Of a DNA stretch of 64,000 nt, positions 52,475 to 64,000 are shown one piece after another (the first letter of the stretch is position 1; the number at the start of each line of letters is the position of its first letter). This stretch comes from Octopus sinensis (taxonomy: Eukaryota). The notes beneath the pieces are model-generated. The model was not told the origin of the DNA, searched no databases, and saw nothing but the letters and a program-made list of their open reading frames with translations. The position numbers and the translations under genes were made by a program. The stretch covers positions 17,174,001-17,238,000 of the forward strand of contig NC_043001.1 in NCBI RefSeq assembly GCF_006345805.1, given 5' to 3'.

Positions 52475-52689
52475 GCACAGTCCATCTTGGATTACATTAT
52501 TCAATTTGTACTTTTAGCAGAAACTGCGGGATGTTGTTTGAACAATATTTAGTTCTGACGCGTACATTTTTTTTTTTCAGTTTTCTGGCTCACCTGATGA
52601 TGAACCGGGTCTCATGGGGCCTGCTTACCGAAAAAGGTTGCGCTCGACGTTGGTCTAACCAAAGTAACTATCACTGCTGCTGTTATTAG
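52475..52689 (+). CDS. Candidate terminal coding exon of an unidentified gene (alternative acceptor at 52581)
   Basis: Polypyrimidine-TAG acceptor at 52474 and T11-CAG acceptor at 52580; open frames to TAG 52689 or TAA 52658; AATAAA at 52750-52755. No homology verified. Confidence 0.3.
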
Positions 52690-53655
52690 TCGTTGTTTAC
52701 CAAGAATCATGACAATCAAGACAGTTGAGAAAAGTAGGGGTCACCATCCAATAAAAAAGGGTTTGTGAAAGGAGAAAACAGAAGAGGGCATTAATGAAAA
52801 TTCTGTAGCACTCTAATCACAAACAAAATTTCCTCACATTTGCCGTTACCATTTACCTCCTATCCTTAAAACCGGAAGTATTTGCAATTATGGGGTTTAA
52901 AACAAATTTATCATATCAAGAATAGTAACTAAATTTTTTTTCCTGCGTTCTCAATTAATTTTTAACTCAAATTCAAATAAAATTTTCCTGCTTTTAATTA
53001 TATTTGAATAGTCGTAAAAATGCTATTGTTAAAAATATAAGGTTTATTTTTCTTTTTTGTTTTGGCAAAACAACGTATTTATTCTGTTGTGTCTGGGGAG
53101 AGTCATTCTCTTTTAGTGCCTTATTATTTAACGCACTCAGACACGACAGAATATGCTTCAACACACGAACTCATATAAAGAATCTTGCAAACCAAATCCA
53201 AAAACGTATTTATTCTTGTCTTGGGAAAGTTTAAACACTTATCCGTTCAGAAGACTTGACTGAAAGCTTACATTAATGAAAACGGAAATGAAGAACGAAT
53301 ATGGACTTTTACGTTGTGTAATGATGTATCTGAATAATTTTATAGAACTTTGGTGGATTTTCTGATGAATCCCTAACCAGTAACAGTTCCGGTTTGAAAT
53401 TACTAGGTATATCTTCGTGACTAATATCCTTAGAAACAGCATGAGCGCTGCATGTTCTTATAACCCTCATCACCTTTGAATATCATAGGAAATACTTTTT
53501 CATGCCAGAGAAACGGTATAGAAAGGTGCAAAGGTCTCCATAAATGAGACGAAGTAGGACGTGTTTATTTTATTTTAGTTTTTTTTTTTTTTTTGATAAG
53601 ATGTTTCCAAGAAATCATTAATCTTCGCATTTAGACATTTTCAATTTAAGGCAAT

Positions 53656-53939
53656 GTGGAGGCACATGGCCTAGTGGTTAGAGCAGCGGACTCGCGGTCG
53701 AGGAATCGCGGGTTCGAATCTCAGACCAGGCGATGTGTGTGTGTTTATGAGCAAAACACTTAAGCTCCACGCGGCTCCGGCAGAAGGTAATGGCGAACTT
53801 CTGCTGACTCTTTTACCACAACTTTCTCTCAGTCTTTCCTCCTGCATCTTGCAGCTCACCTGCGACAGACCGACGTCCCGTCCAGGTGGGGAACCTATAC
53901 ACCAAGAAACCGGCCCTTAATTAAAGGAACAAACAACAA
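53656..53939 (+). mobile_element. SINE-A variant type 4 with 13-bp TSD
   Basis: AATTTAAGGCAAT at 53643-53655 and 53940-53952. Confidence 0.92.
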
Positions 53940-54401
53940 AATTTAAGGCAATAGGAAAATTTCTACATTTTGATTTGATTGCTGTTGCTGTTATTGATTT
54001 TTTTAAAACCCCAGGTCAACCCTAATGAGTAGATCTATGATCAAAAACATTATCAGTCGTGACCTTCCCGCTTGTTTCCTCGGATGTCATTGTGTAATGT
54101 GTACTTTTAGAAGAGACTGCAGGATATTGTTACTGGAATATTGAGTTCTCTATTCTAATTAGTCCATTTTACGTTGTGTAATGTTATTGGTATCTAAGAT
54201 TACGTTATGAAATGTGTCCTCGTTTTCTTGTTTCTGCTATTTTGTTTTTCTTCAGAGAGTACATTATGATTTGAGGGAAATTTGGCTGCAGTTTTAGTAG
54301 AAGAAGCAGCCACACAGGGGCTTTCTTATTGGTCGAGTGACATCGTAGAGTATTTTTGTCTGGTTCGGTGACGTATGTAGTTGAACTTGAATTCATGCAA
54401 C

Positions 54402-54625
54402 GGTGAGCTGGCAGAACCGTTAGCACGCCGGGCGGAATGAGTAGCCGTTTTTCGTCTGCCGTTACGTTCTGAGTTCAAATTCTGCGGAAGTCGCCTTTGC
54501 CTTTCATCCTTTCGGGGTCGATAAATTAAGTACCAGTTACGCACTGGGGTTGATGTAATCGACTTAATCCGTTTGTCCTTGTTTGTCCCCTCTATGTTTA
54601 GCCCCTTGTCGGTAATAAAGAAATA
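54402..54625 (+). mobile_element. SINE-C monomer
   Basis: Head, core and AAAGAAATA tail. Confidence 0.9.
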
Positions 54626-55831
54626 TATATAGGTAGATATGAATTAGTTTTCCTCATTGACTGCAATAAAACGAGGGAAATGAAAATGATGGTTGTAAAA
54701 GGAAAATATTCCTAACCATCATTTCACAGTAATATTTTGGGGGTTTACTACTAATAGGCTTTGTTTTTCTCTTTATACATCAAATCAGAAAAATCTTGTT
54801 TTTAATTCTCTGCCCCATATAACCGTAGTGTTCACAGTGGACAACAAGGGGACGAAAGCTTTCGGTCAAGTCTTCTGAACGGATAAGTGTTTAAACTTTC
54901 CCAAGACAAGAATAAATACGTTTTTGGATTTGGTTTGCAAGATTCTTTATATGAGTTCGTGTGTTGAAGCATATTCTGTTGTGTCTGAGTGTGTTAAATA
55001 ATAAGACACTAAAAGAGAAGGACTCTCCCCAGACACAACAGAATAAATACGTTGTTTTGCCAAAACAAAAAAGAAAAATAAACCTTATATCTTTAACAAT
55101 AGCATTTTTACGACTATTCAAATATAATTAAAAGCAGGAAAGTTTTATTTGAATTTGAGTTAAAAATTAATTGAGAACGCAGGAAAAAAAATTTCACTTA
55201 CCTTTCTTGATATGATAAATTTGTTTTAAACCCCATAATTGCAAATACTTCCGGTTTTAAGGATAGGAGGCAAATGGTAACGGCAAATGTGAGGAAATTT
55301 TGTTTGTGATTTTATTAGAGTGCTACAGAATTTCAAAACATCTGAGTTTGCATTTAATATATCAAAAATTGAACTGATTCAACTAAAGGAGAATTTACGT
55401 ACTTAATCTATGACAAAGGCACTAAGTTACATCCATTTTAAAATCACTGAGAAAATCACTCTTGGAGTAACCCCCACCCCACCCACCCCACCCACCCCAC
55501 CCACCCCAAAAAAACGATGTGTAATGAAACCCAAGACCCCTCGAAAAATTCAACCCAACACATTTTGTATCCACCGGCCTTCGGCTCTAAATTTGAATAA
55601 AAAAAATTCGCAAACTAGCTTCTAAAAACCAAATTAGTTGGATGTCGTACATATTTCCCCCTGCTCAAGTAGGTGTAAGGTGTGTATGAAGCAGTAATTT
55701 TTAATTCAAGAGAACTGTTTTGCATTCAGGAAATATCCCACATAACTAAGCTACTGGATCAGCAACAAAAAAAAATGTATCATTCTTGAATAGGTATCAA
55801 TAAAGCCTGTATTTTAGAAATATATTACCCT

Positions 55832-56215
55832 GGAGTGGCTGTGTGGTAAGTAGCTTGCTTACCAACCACATGGTTCCGGGTTCAGTCCCACTGCGCGGCA
55901 CCTTGGGCAAGTGTCTTCTGCTATAGCCTTGGGCCGACCAAAGCCTCGTGAGTGGATTTGGTAGACGGAAACTGAAATAAGCCCGTCGTATATATATATA
56001 TGTTTGTGTGTCTGTGTTTGTTCCCGCAACATCGCTTGACAACCGATGCTGTTGTGTTTACGTCCCCATAACTTAGCGTTTCGGCAAAAGAGACCGATAG
56101 AATAAGCACTAAGGCTTACAAAGAATAAGTCCTGGGGTCGAGTTGCTCGACTAAAGGCGGTGCTCCAGCATGGCTACAGTCACATGACTGAAACAAGTAA
56201 AAGAGTAGAAGAGAG
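55832..56215 (+). mobile_element. Full SINE-B
   Basis: tRNA-like head, short (TA)(TG) core, tail. Confidence 0.93.
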
Positions 56216-56500
56216 AGTTACCCTTCAAAAAGGAGAAAGAAAACTCTGTGTTCAGCCATGGCATTATAGCAACCATTCAAATGTTAAGTAACGAAACTAA
56301 CTTCCATTGTCATCGATTTCAGTTTCTGCCAGATTTTTATTGCAGAAACAGGCGTAACGATCTTATGCGCAGCTTTATTTTGCTGTAAGGCAACCCTTAT
56401 CTCCTTATCTCCTTCCAGTATTAATTTCAGGATTGATGGAAACTCACAGTCTCTTGATCGTGTCAACAACGTAGAGTTTTGAGTGATTTTGCGTGGTAGC

Positions 56501-56657
56501 AGGAGTTGCTGTGTGGTAAGTAGCTTGCTTACCAACCACATGGTTTCGGGTTCGGTCCCACTGCGTGGCACCTTGGGCAAGTGTCTTCTACTATAGCCTC
56601 GGGCCGACCAAAGTCTTGTGAGTGGATTTGGTAGACGGAAACTGAAAGAAGCCCGTC

Positions 56658-56726
<69 letters not shown>

Positions 56727-56945
56727 CGTGTGTGCTTGTGTGTCTGTGTTTGCCCTCCTAGCATTGCTTGACAACCAATGCTGGTGTGTTTATGTCCCCG
56801 TCACCTAGCGGTTCGGCAAAAGAGACCGATAGAATAGGTACTGGGCTTACAAAGAATAAGCCCCGGGGTCGAGTTGCTCGATTAAAGGTGGTGCTCCAGC
56901 ATGGCCGCAGTAAAATGACTGAAACAAGTAAAAGAAAGAGTAAAA
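56501..56945 (+). mobile_element. Full SINE-B
   Basis: As above with a longer (TA)n. Confidence 0.93.
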
Positions 56946-57144
56946 AAAAAAGGGTAGTTTGGTTCGAATAGATCGTATGATTTCATGACAGCCTTCCAGC
57001 CACAATTCATGAAGGGGTATATGTCCAAAATCACCGATTAGCTCAATTATTTCCTAACTGCAACCAGGAACCTTGTCTAAAACTGATCCATGTTGGTTCT
57101 GAATATTTAATTACTCGTGAGAATAAATCGATAAGAAAAAAATG

Positions 57145-57560
57145 GATCTTTTCGGTTTCACCGGCAGTTTTTTAAAATGATTTCCACGTAGCTAAATACT
57201 TTTAAACTTCGTATACTGGTAGAATGTGTTTATAGAACATCTTCTTCTCTTGGCTTTATTGAGAAAATTCTATAGTTTGTAAGATATTTGTTGTTTTTTC
57301 TTCAATTTCTGCAATTTCAACCAATCAATGACGTCTATTGAGATGAAAACATTCTGTGCCGTATGAATATTCCCTCATTTAAGAAACAGATTGGATTTAT
57401 TTACATTTCTGATGAAAAAAAGATACCCTTCCCGCCACCCCTAACCCCAACTAACGCTAAAACAGATTGAAATGCAGATAGATAGATACTAGGGTCATAA
57501 TTATGGGTGGCAATTTCATATGACACCGCTAGAAAAACTGCCGTTCAAACCGAAAAGATC
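57145..57560. mobile_element. MITE-like element (416 bp) with 28-bp TIRs
   Basis: GATCTTTTCGGTTTCACCGGCAGTTTTT versus the inverse AAAAACTGCCGTTCAAACCGAAAAGATC (2 mismatches). Confidence 0.85.
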
Positions 57561-58039
57561 AAAAAAAATATAGATCATTGCAAACCATTTGATATCATTC
57601 TACATTTATTCTTTCCTTGGAAGAAATGATTCGTATAATAATTAAAAGTTGCAGAATATACCTCGAAAAGATGGCTTCCCAAGCCTCGCTTTCAATACAG
57701 TTTATTAAATGGTGTCGTTTATTATTTTCTATCTTTTACTTGTTTCAGTTATTAGACTGCATAAATGTCGGGGTCTCACCTTGAACATTTTTTAGTTGAA
57801 TGAAACGACCCCTTTATCTATTTTTAAGCCTGGTACTTATTCTATCGGTCTCTTTCGTCGAATTGCTAAGTTAAGGCGATTTAAGCACAGCAATACCGGT
57901 TGTCAAGCGGTAGCGGGGACCGAATACTTACACAAGCGCGCACACCGGCATGCACTCATACACACACACCTGAGAGTTACCACAGTAACCTCCGGGATAA
58001 TATATCCTTTTAAACTTACCGTGTATATATATATATATA

Positions 58040-58420
58040 TATATATACCTGTTGCGTTCTTGTTCCATTTTTGGATTTACATATATATATATATATATTA
58101 AATTAGAGATAAAACCAGGCAAATCAAACAGTGAAAAACAAACCAAAAACATAGAAATAAAATTAATTAATATAATTTACAAAATATAAAATTCAAAATT
58201 TAAATTCTTTAAATTTAAACTTAAAATTTTTTAATATTTTATAATTACTAATTATAAATTAATAAATATAAAATATTTGTTAAATTTTAACTTTAAATTT
58301 AAATAATTTAAATTATGAATTTTATATATTTTGTATATTATATTAATTAATTTTATTTCTATATTTTGGTTTATGTTTTTCACTGTTTGATTTGCCTAAT
58401 AGTGGTTTTATCTCTAGTTT

Positions 58421-58465
<45 letters not shown>

Positions 58466-58504
58466 AATCCAAAAATGGAACAAGAACGCAACAGGTATAT
58501 ATAT
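58040..58504. repeat. AT-rich quasi-palindrome of about 460 bp
   Basis: Perfect 34-bp outer arms at 58046-58079 and 58464-58497; pairing continues to a loop near 58244-58266. Confidence 0.93.
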
Positions 58505-58579
58505 TTAATCCTAAATCTAATTTTTCCCTATAAGTTTGGATTTACACCCTAATATGATTATTATTAATATATCTATATA

Positions 58580-58780
58580 TCTATATATATATATAACTGA
58601 GAATGTGTGTGTCTGTCTGTATGAATCCCTAAAACTTGAGAACTACACAACCAATTTCATTCAAATTTTACACATGCCTTACTTAGGGTACATGTAGAGT
58701 CATGGGCAAAAAATGTTTAACTTCTTGCCTAGGGTGAGCCCACAGCAATATCACATCTCCACTATTTCAGTAATACGTGT
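58580..58780 (+). mobile_element. Helitron/DINE-like 5' fragment
   Basis: TCTATATATATATAA..GTGTCTGTCTGT..AACTACACAACCAATTTCATTCAAATTT. Confidence 0.6.
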
Positions 58781-58833
58781 TAAAAGTGAAAGAAAAGCAT
58801 TTCTCTATTGTATGTATATGGATGTATATATAT

Positions 58834-58897
<64 letters not shown>

Positions 58898-59089
58898 CAT
58901 GTATATATGTACATATATATACATGTATATGTATAGATGTATTTCTATAGATATGCATGTATATGTAAACATGTATGTCTAGATGTATATATAGATGTAC
59001 ATATAATATGTACACATATACATACATGCATACATATATACACCCAAACACACTTACCGATACACCCCACACACACACACATACATACA

Positions 59090-59570
59090 TAGGTGCAGGT
59101 GTGGCTGTGTGGTAACAAACTTGGTTCCAAAACACATGGTCCCCAGTTCAGTCCCACTGTGTGGTAACTTGGCATGTGTATTCTGCTATAGCCTCAGACC
59201 AACCAAAGCCTTGTCAGTGGATTCTGTAGACAGAAACTGAAAGAAATCAATTGTATGTATATGTATGAATATATGTAAGTCTATGTGTGTGTCTTTGTGT
59301 TTCTCCCTCAAAACTGCTCACAACTGGTGTTCGTTATTACATCCCCATAACTTACTAGTTCACAAGAGAGAAACTGATAGAATAAGTACCAGGCTATCAA
59401 AATAAAAAAACCCACTAGGCAGTATCTCATATTTTTGTTTGCCCACACACTTTATCTTTGTGTGTGTGCACATACATACATACATACATACATACATACA
59501 TACACATACATACATACATACATACATAATACATACATACATAATACATACATAATACATACATATATAT

Positions 59571-59660
<90 letters not shown>

Positions 59661-59930
59661 ATATATATATAGAATATATATATATATATATATATCGTAG
59701 ACAGAAACTTAAAGAAGTCAATCGTATATATATGTATGTATATATTTCACCCTCATCACTGCTTCACAACTGCTGTTCGTTTATTTACATCCCCATAACT
59801 TACTGGTTTCACAATAAGAAACTAATAGAATAAGTACCAGGTTTATTAACATAACAAAAGCACGAGGCTGTGTCTCATATTTTTGTTTGCCCACTCAGTT
59901 ATATCTATCAATCTATCTTTGTGTGTGTGT
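59090..59930 (+). repeat. Old SINE-B with a diverged tandem duplication of its body and flank
   Basis: About 59225-59465 is repeated at about 59695-59925, including the non-SINE flank TCTCATATTTTTGTTTGCCCAC. Confidence 0.7.
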
Positions 59931-60129
59931 GTGTGTATAATACACACACACGATCACACACACATATATATATATATATATACATGTATGTATATGTGTA
60001 CATTCATATTTATTATATCAAAGACAACGTCTTTATGTGTTCGTGTATTACTTATACATTCGAAAACTGCTGCACGATCACATTGAAATTTGGAGAAAGG
60101 TAATGCTGTGTGTTTCATACAATTTCAAG

Positions 60130-61430
60130 GACCAAAATTTCTGAATGGATCCTTATGATATTTGAAACTTAGATTCAATGCAATATGTTTGGTTTGAATT
60201 TCAAATGGCTTAAAGGGGGCAGAACCCACCATGAAAATTCATAAATTTTTCCATGTTGAACTTTCAACCAAAGGTAATTGACACACATCAAGAAATATTC
60301 TCCAAGTTTCCACTTCACATGAGAATTCTAAGACACCCTAATGCGGGCCTTAACTCCCAAATTTTAGTCATTCATTTTATGATCCAAAACTAAGTCAAAA
60401 ATACTGAATGGATCTTTATGAAATTTGGAAATTATATTCTATGCATAAGGGCCATAACCCCCATGACAATTCATATATTTTTGCTGTTGATGAAATTTTA
60501 ACCATAGATATTAGACACAAATGAAGTAATATTTATAAAATTTCATCTTCTTACAAAGTTAGAAAGACCCTTCCATGGGGACTTAACCCCCACAATTATT
60601 TTCCATTTTATCTAAGCAAAAACGAATATAGTTGTGAACTTGGAAGCTGTAGGGTTACCCGAGCATAAAAGTTGGACATTATTTCTAATTCAATGGTACA
60701 ACAGTGTAACGGTTTGCTTTGGCATGCACTTAGATTGTGATTTCTGCAATGTGGTGCATAAATTATCAAGTAAATGAGAGGCATCTTTGCCTCCACTGAT
60801 TCAGTTGCAAAGTGTTGAGTAAAGTTATTTGGTTGAAGACCCCTTTCAGTCTTTTTATTATCACTCGGTCACACATAGTCCCCAGATGGTAACATTGATT
60901 TCAAGACCTTCCCAGATGAGTGACTGGTTATTCAAAGCCATTTATAGATTTCAATTTTATTCTGTCCAGTTACGTATCAGTATAGTGGTCATTTGCAAAC
61001 TCCAGAGGTGACACTTTAATTTCTCCTTAGCCCTCAGGTCACACAGTTGTTAATGTTGATTTCAGTTGGGTCACGCCCTTCCAATTGCTATAGATTCGTA
61101 ATGCATCTTACGGCTGGCTGTGCCTGTCACCTGGATGGCGAGGAATCCTACATTGGGAGTTGTAACGACTAGGGTAGGGTAACTGACTGCTTATTGTGAT
61201 CATTCGTCCTTTGGTTTCCTGTAGCTTTGATCTCTTTTACAAACACAGTGAATATATATTTCCTATTTCAAAGAAATTCAAACAAGTTAAAAAGATTCTC
61301 AACAATTCAACTTCTCTGGCTGACATTAAGATACCCACCCCAAACAGGGGCCTTAACTCTCACATTTTAGAGCTCCATGACCTTCATTTTTCAAGAGCAA
61401 AATGAGACTGGAATTTAGAAATATGCGCAT
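60130..61430. mobile_element. Possible old Helitron/Helentron relic with subrepeats
   Basis: Repeated TGGATC.TTATGA.ATTTG and GGCCTTAACTC.CA.ATTTTAG blocks; faint PIF1-like peptide relics on the minus strand. Confidence 0.3.
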
Positions 61431-61528
61431 AAAAATCAGTAGTATGAGATACATGTGGCACGATTACAATCTTTGTAGGGTGCGTAAAAAGGGAAATAAC
61501 CTCATCTGCAATTTTGCTAGTATATATA

Positions 61529-61559
<31 letters not shown>

Positions 61560-61571
<12 letters not shown>

Positions 61572-61860
61572 TATAAATCCAAAAATGGAACAAGAACGCA
61601 ACAGATGACAATAAAACATCCGCACAGATAAATGATACAAAGACAGACAGGAAAAACAACAAAAAACGGACAGGAAAAAACAAAGACGGGTCAGTCGGGG
61701 CCTTCTCCCTTTAGTCAAGTTTCCAGATTATCCTTACAGTTTCGGCCGGTTACACACGAGACTGTTCAAATCTGGCTGGCCGCAAAAATCTAAGCTAAGC
61801 GCATTGAATATTTTGGGAGAAAGCAAGCGAATGTGTACGGCAACAGACAAAAACAAATGG
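61560..61860 (-). repeat. Dispersed repeat sharing its end with the 58 kb palindrome arms (Penelope-like?)
   Basis: TAAATCCAAAAATGGAACAAGAACGCAACAG is identical to 58464-58494. Confidence 0.7.
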
Positions 61861-62374
61861 AGTGTATACATATATATATTCACGGGCTTCTTTCTGTTTC
61901 TGTTTACCAAATCCACTCACAAAGCTTTGTCAAGGTGCTGCAGTGAAGAATTTTTCTAACACTATTTCCTTGCGTTGTAATTCTTCCTTTTCCTGTTTTG
62001 TCAGTTCGTCTCACTTTACATACAACTTTTCAAAAATATTTTGCTGCAGTTCTTGCTTCTCTGCTTTCAGAGAAACCTGAGATTTCAACTTCCTTTTTTC
62101 TTCTGACTAATCAAAGATTCCAGCACCACAACTTTTTCATCACTGAACAACTTTTCCCTGGTATTCTGCATTCACTATTGCCACAACGTGTAAGCTTCGA
62201 TTGCGACAGAAAGCAATTTACACTTACGTAATAAGATTATGGGTTTGATCCTGGCCCATCACCGAACGTTTTATTCATGCACTTGACTCGAGCTAAGAAA
62301 CTCTTATCTCTAAACTAAAAGTAGTGAAACACTCATCTCCTAATCCGCTGATGTCTACCTGAGTTATGTAAAGG

Positions 62375-62941
62375 AATGCTCACAGCAGCCATATTCCTAC
62401 CACTCTATGTCACGCTGGCGATACCCATATTGGAGTACGGGATTCAAGCCTCTTCTCCTTATCTCCTCAAAGACATACAGCATCTCGAAAGAGTCCAGAA
62501 GCTAGCTACCCGCATGGTTCATGGTCTCAAAAATTTGTCTTATGAAGAAAGGCTGAAGACTCTCGACCTTTATTCTCTAGAAAAACGACGACGCCGTGGA
62601 GATCTCATTCTCACTCACAACATCATAAGCGGAAAGTGTAACCTCTCGAAAGAGCTGTTCTTCACTCCTGCTCCAGAGCGTCGGCTGCGGGGTCATTCCG
62701 AAAAGCTCTACCTGCGACGATTTCATCTCAATCGAAGGAGAGGAGCTTTCTCCGTCCGGGTTGCGGATCCGTGGAACAAGCTACCAGACGAGATGGTGAA
62801 GATGCCGACGACCGCTTAGTTCAAAGTCTCCCTTGACCTCAAGTGGCCTGAACTCTTTACATGAACACCGCCCTGTACTTAACTCCATGTCCCCCTACAT
62901 GGCCTTGCTATTTGCTTTTGAGCCAAATTAACTAACTAACA
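62375..62941 (+). mobile_element. 5'-truncated CR1-clade LINE (ORF2 C-terminus, 3' UTR, (TAAC)n tail)
   Basis: LEYG...PYL.KDI..LERVQKLATRMV.GL.NLSYEERL..LDLYSLEKRRRRGDLI...LRGHS.KL...FSVRV...WNKLP. Confidence 0.95.
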
Positions 62942-63157
62942 TATGAATGTCTGAAAAGACCCCCATCAAAATGTTGATGGTAAATTCCTCGACATACTTG
63001 TCACAGCTCTTTAGACAATTTTGACTAAAGGGAAAATAAATTATATTGAATAGTTAGAAATTCTACAACCGACAGACATAAATTACAAATAGGAAAACAG
63101 TCCAAAAAGATCTAAGCTATTTTGAATTCATTGTCTTCACAATATTACCGTCTTAGG

Positions 63158-63542
63158 GGTGGAAGCGCAATGGCCCAGTGGTTAGGGCAGCGGACTCGCG
63201 GTCATAGGATCGCGGTTTCGATTCCCAGACCGGGCGTTGTGAGTGTTTATTGAGCGAAAACACCTAAAGCTCCACGAGGCTCCGGCAGGGGATAGTGGTG
63301 ATCCCTGCTGTACTCTTTCACCACAACTTTCTCTCACTCTTACTTCCTGTTTCTGTTGTACCTGTACTTAAAAGGGCCGGCCTTGTCACTCTCTGTGTCA
63401 CGCTGAATATTCCCGAGAACTACGTTAAGGGTACACGTGTCTGTGGAGTGCTCAGCCACTTACACGTTAATTTCACGAGCAGGCTGTTCCGTTGATTCGG
63501 ATCAACCGGAACCCTCGTCGTCGTAACCGACGCAGTGCTTCC
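63158..63542 (+). mobile_element. SINE-A type 1 with 11-bp TSD
   Basis: ACCGTCTTAGG at 63147-63157 and 63543-63553. Confidence 0.95.
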
Positions 63543-63819
63543 ACCGTCTTAGGTTCAATAACAATGCCTTTTACTTTATTTTTCTTTTTCGCTAAAATAC
63601 TATACCGAGAAACTAAATAAACATCAACAAAAATCAAATCTAGAAAACTATAAATTAAGTTTATGCATAAGACACATAAACTTTTTTCTGACACGTAAAT
63701 GGGAAATTTTGGCAATAGCTAACTTATATAACCAAAGAATTTAGTTTCTGCTTCACCACCAAACAGAAAATCGCACAAAGTATTTCACAGTTAAGCCAAT
63801 ACTTTAAAGAGAATTACTC

Positions 63820-64000
63820 TCTTTGCTTTCTCTTTTACTTGTTTCACTCATTTGACTGCGGCCATGCTGGAGCACCGCCTTTAGTCGAGCAAATCGACCC
63901 CAGGACTTATTCTTTGTAAGCCAAGTACTTATTCTATCGGTCTCTTTTGCCGCAGCGCTAAGTGACGGGAACGTAAACACACCAGCAACGGTTGTCAAGC
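63820..64000 (-). mobile_element. SINE-B 3' half, truncated by the window edge
   Basis: Tail CTCTTTTACTTGTTTC..CATTTGACTGCGGCCATGCTGGAGCACCGCC. Confidence 0.9.

Larger units (their letters stand above)
52798..55333. repeat. Long inverted repeat: arms of about 475 bp (52798-53269, 54856-55333) with a 1.6 kb spacer
   Basis: Mirror ORFs 53004+ and 54891- are almost identical; no TSD seen. Confidence 0.95.

Noticed and set aside
61725-61790. Minus-strand GGCCGAAACTGTAAGG as a hammerhead 3' half
   Set aside because: No recognisable CUGANGA upstream in this copy.

Overview
This is an AT-rich, repeat-saturated eukaryotic window, not prokaryotic. I found no confidently identifiable intact protein-coding gene, no rRNA, no true tRNA and no CRISPR array. 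Nearly all ORFs in the supplied track are microsatellite or transposon artefacts. The tRNA-headed SINE families, very dense microsatellites, mariner/maT/hAT relics, CR1/RTE LINE relics, Penelope-like fragments and non-autonomous Helitrons resemble an octopus (coleoid cephalopod) genome; that is inference from remembered repeat families, not a database hit. I use working names SINE-A, -B, -C, -E and element D. Main observations: (1) an intact minimal hammerhead ribozyme on the minus strand at 8757-8850, flanked by two copies of its cleavage-site sequence 93 nt apart and embedded in an inverted repeat; (2) a second, slightly decayed hammerhead inside a 1 kb inverted repeat at 40151-41209; (3) a 184-bp SINE-C module forming head-to-tail multimers with the same palindromic junction at four loci; (4) several long inverted repeats or palindromes; (5) a weakly supported plus-strand terminal exon near 52.5-52.75 kb. 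Coordinates were counted by hand and may be off by a few bases.
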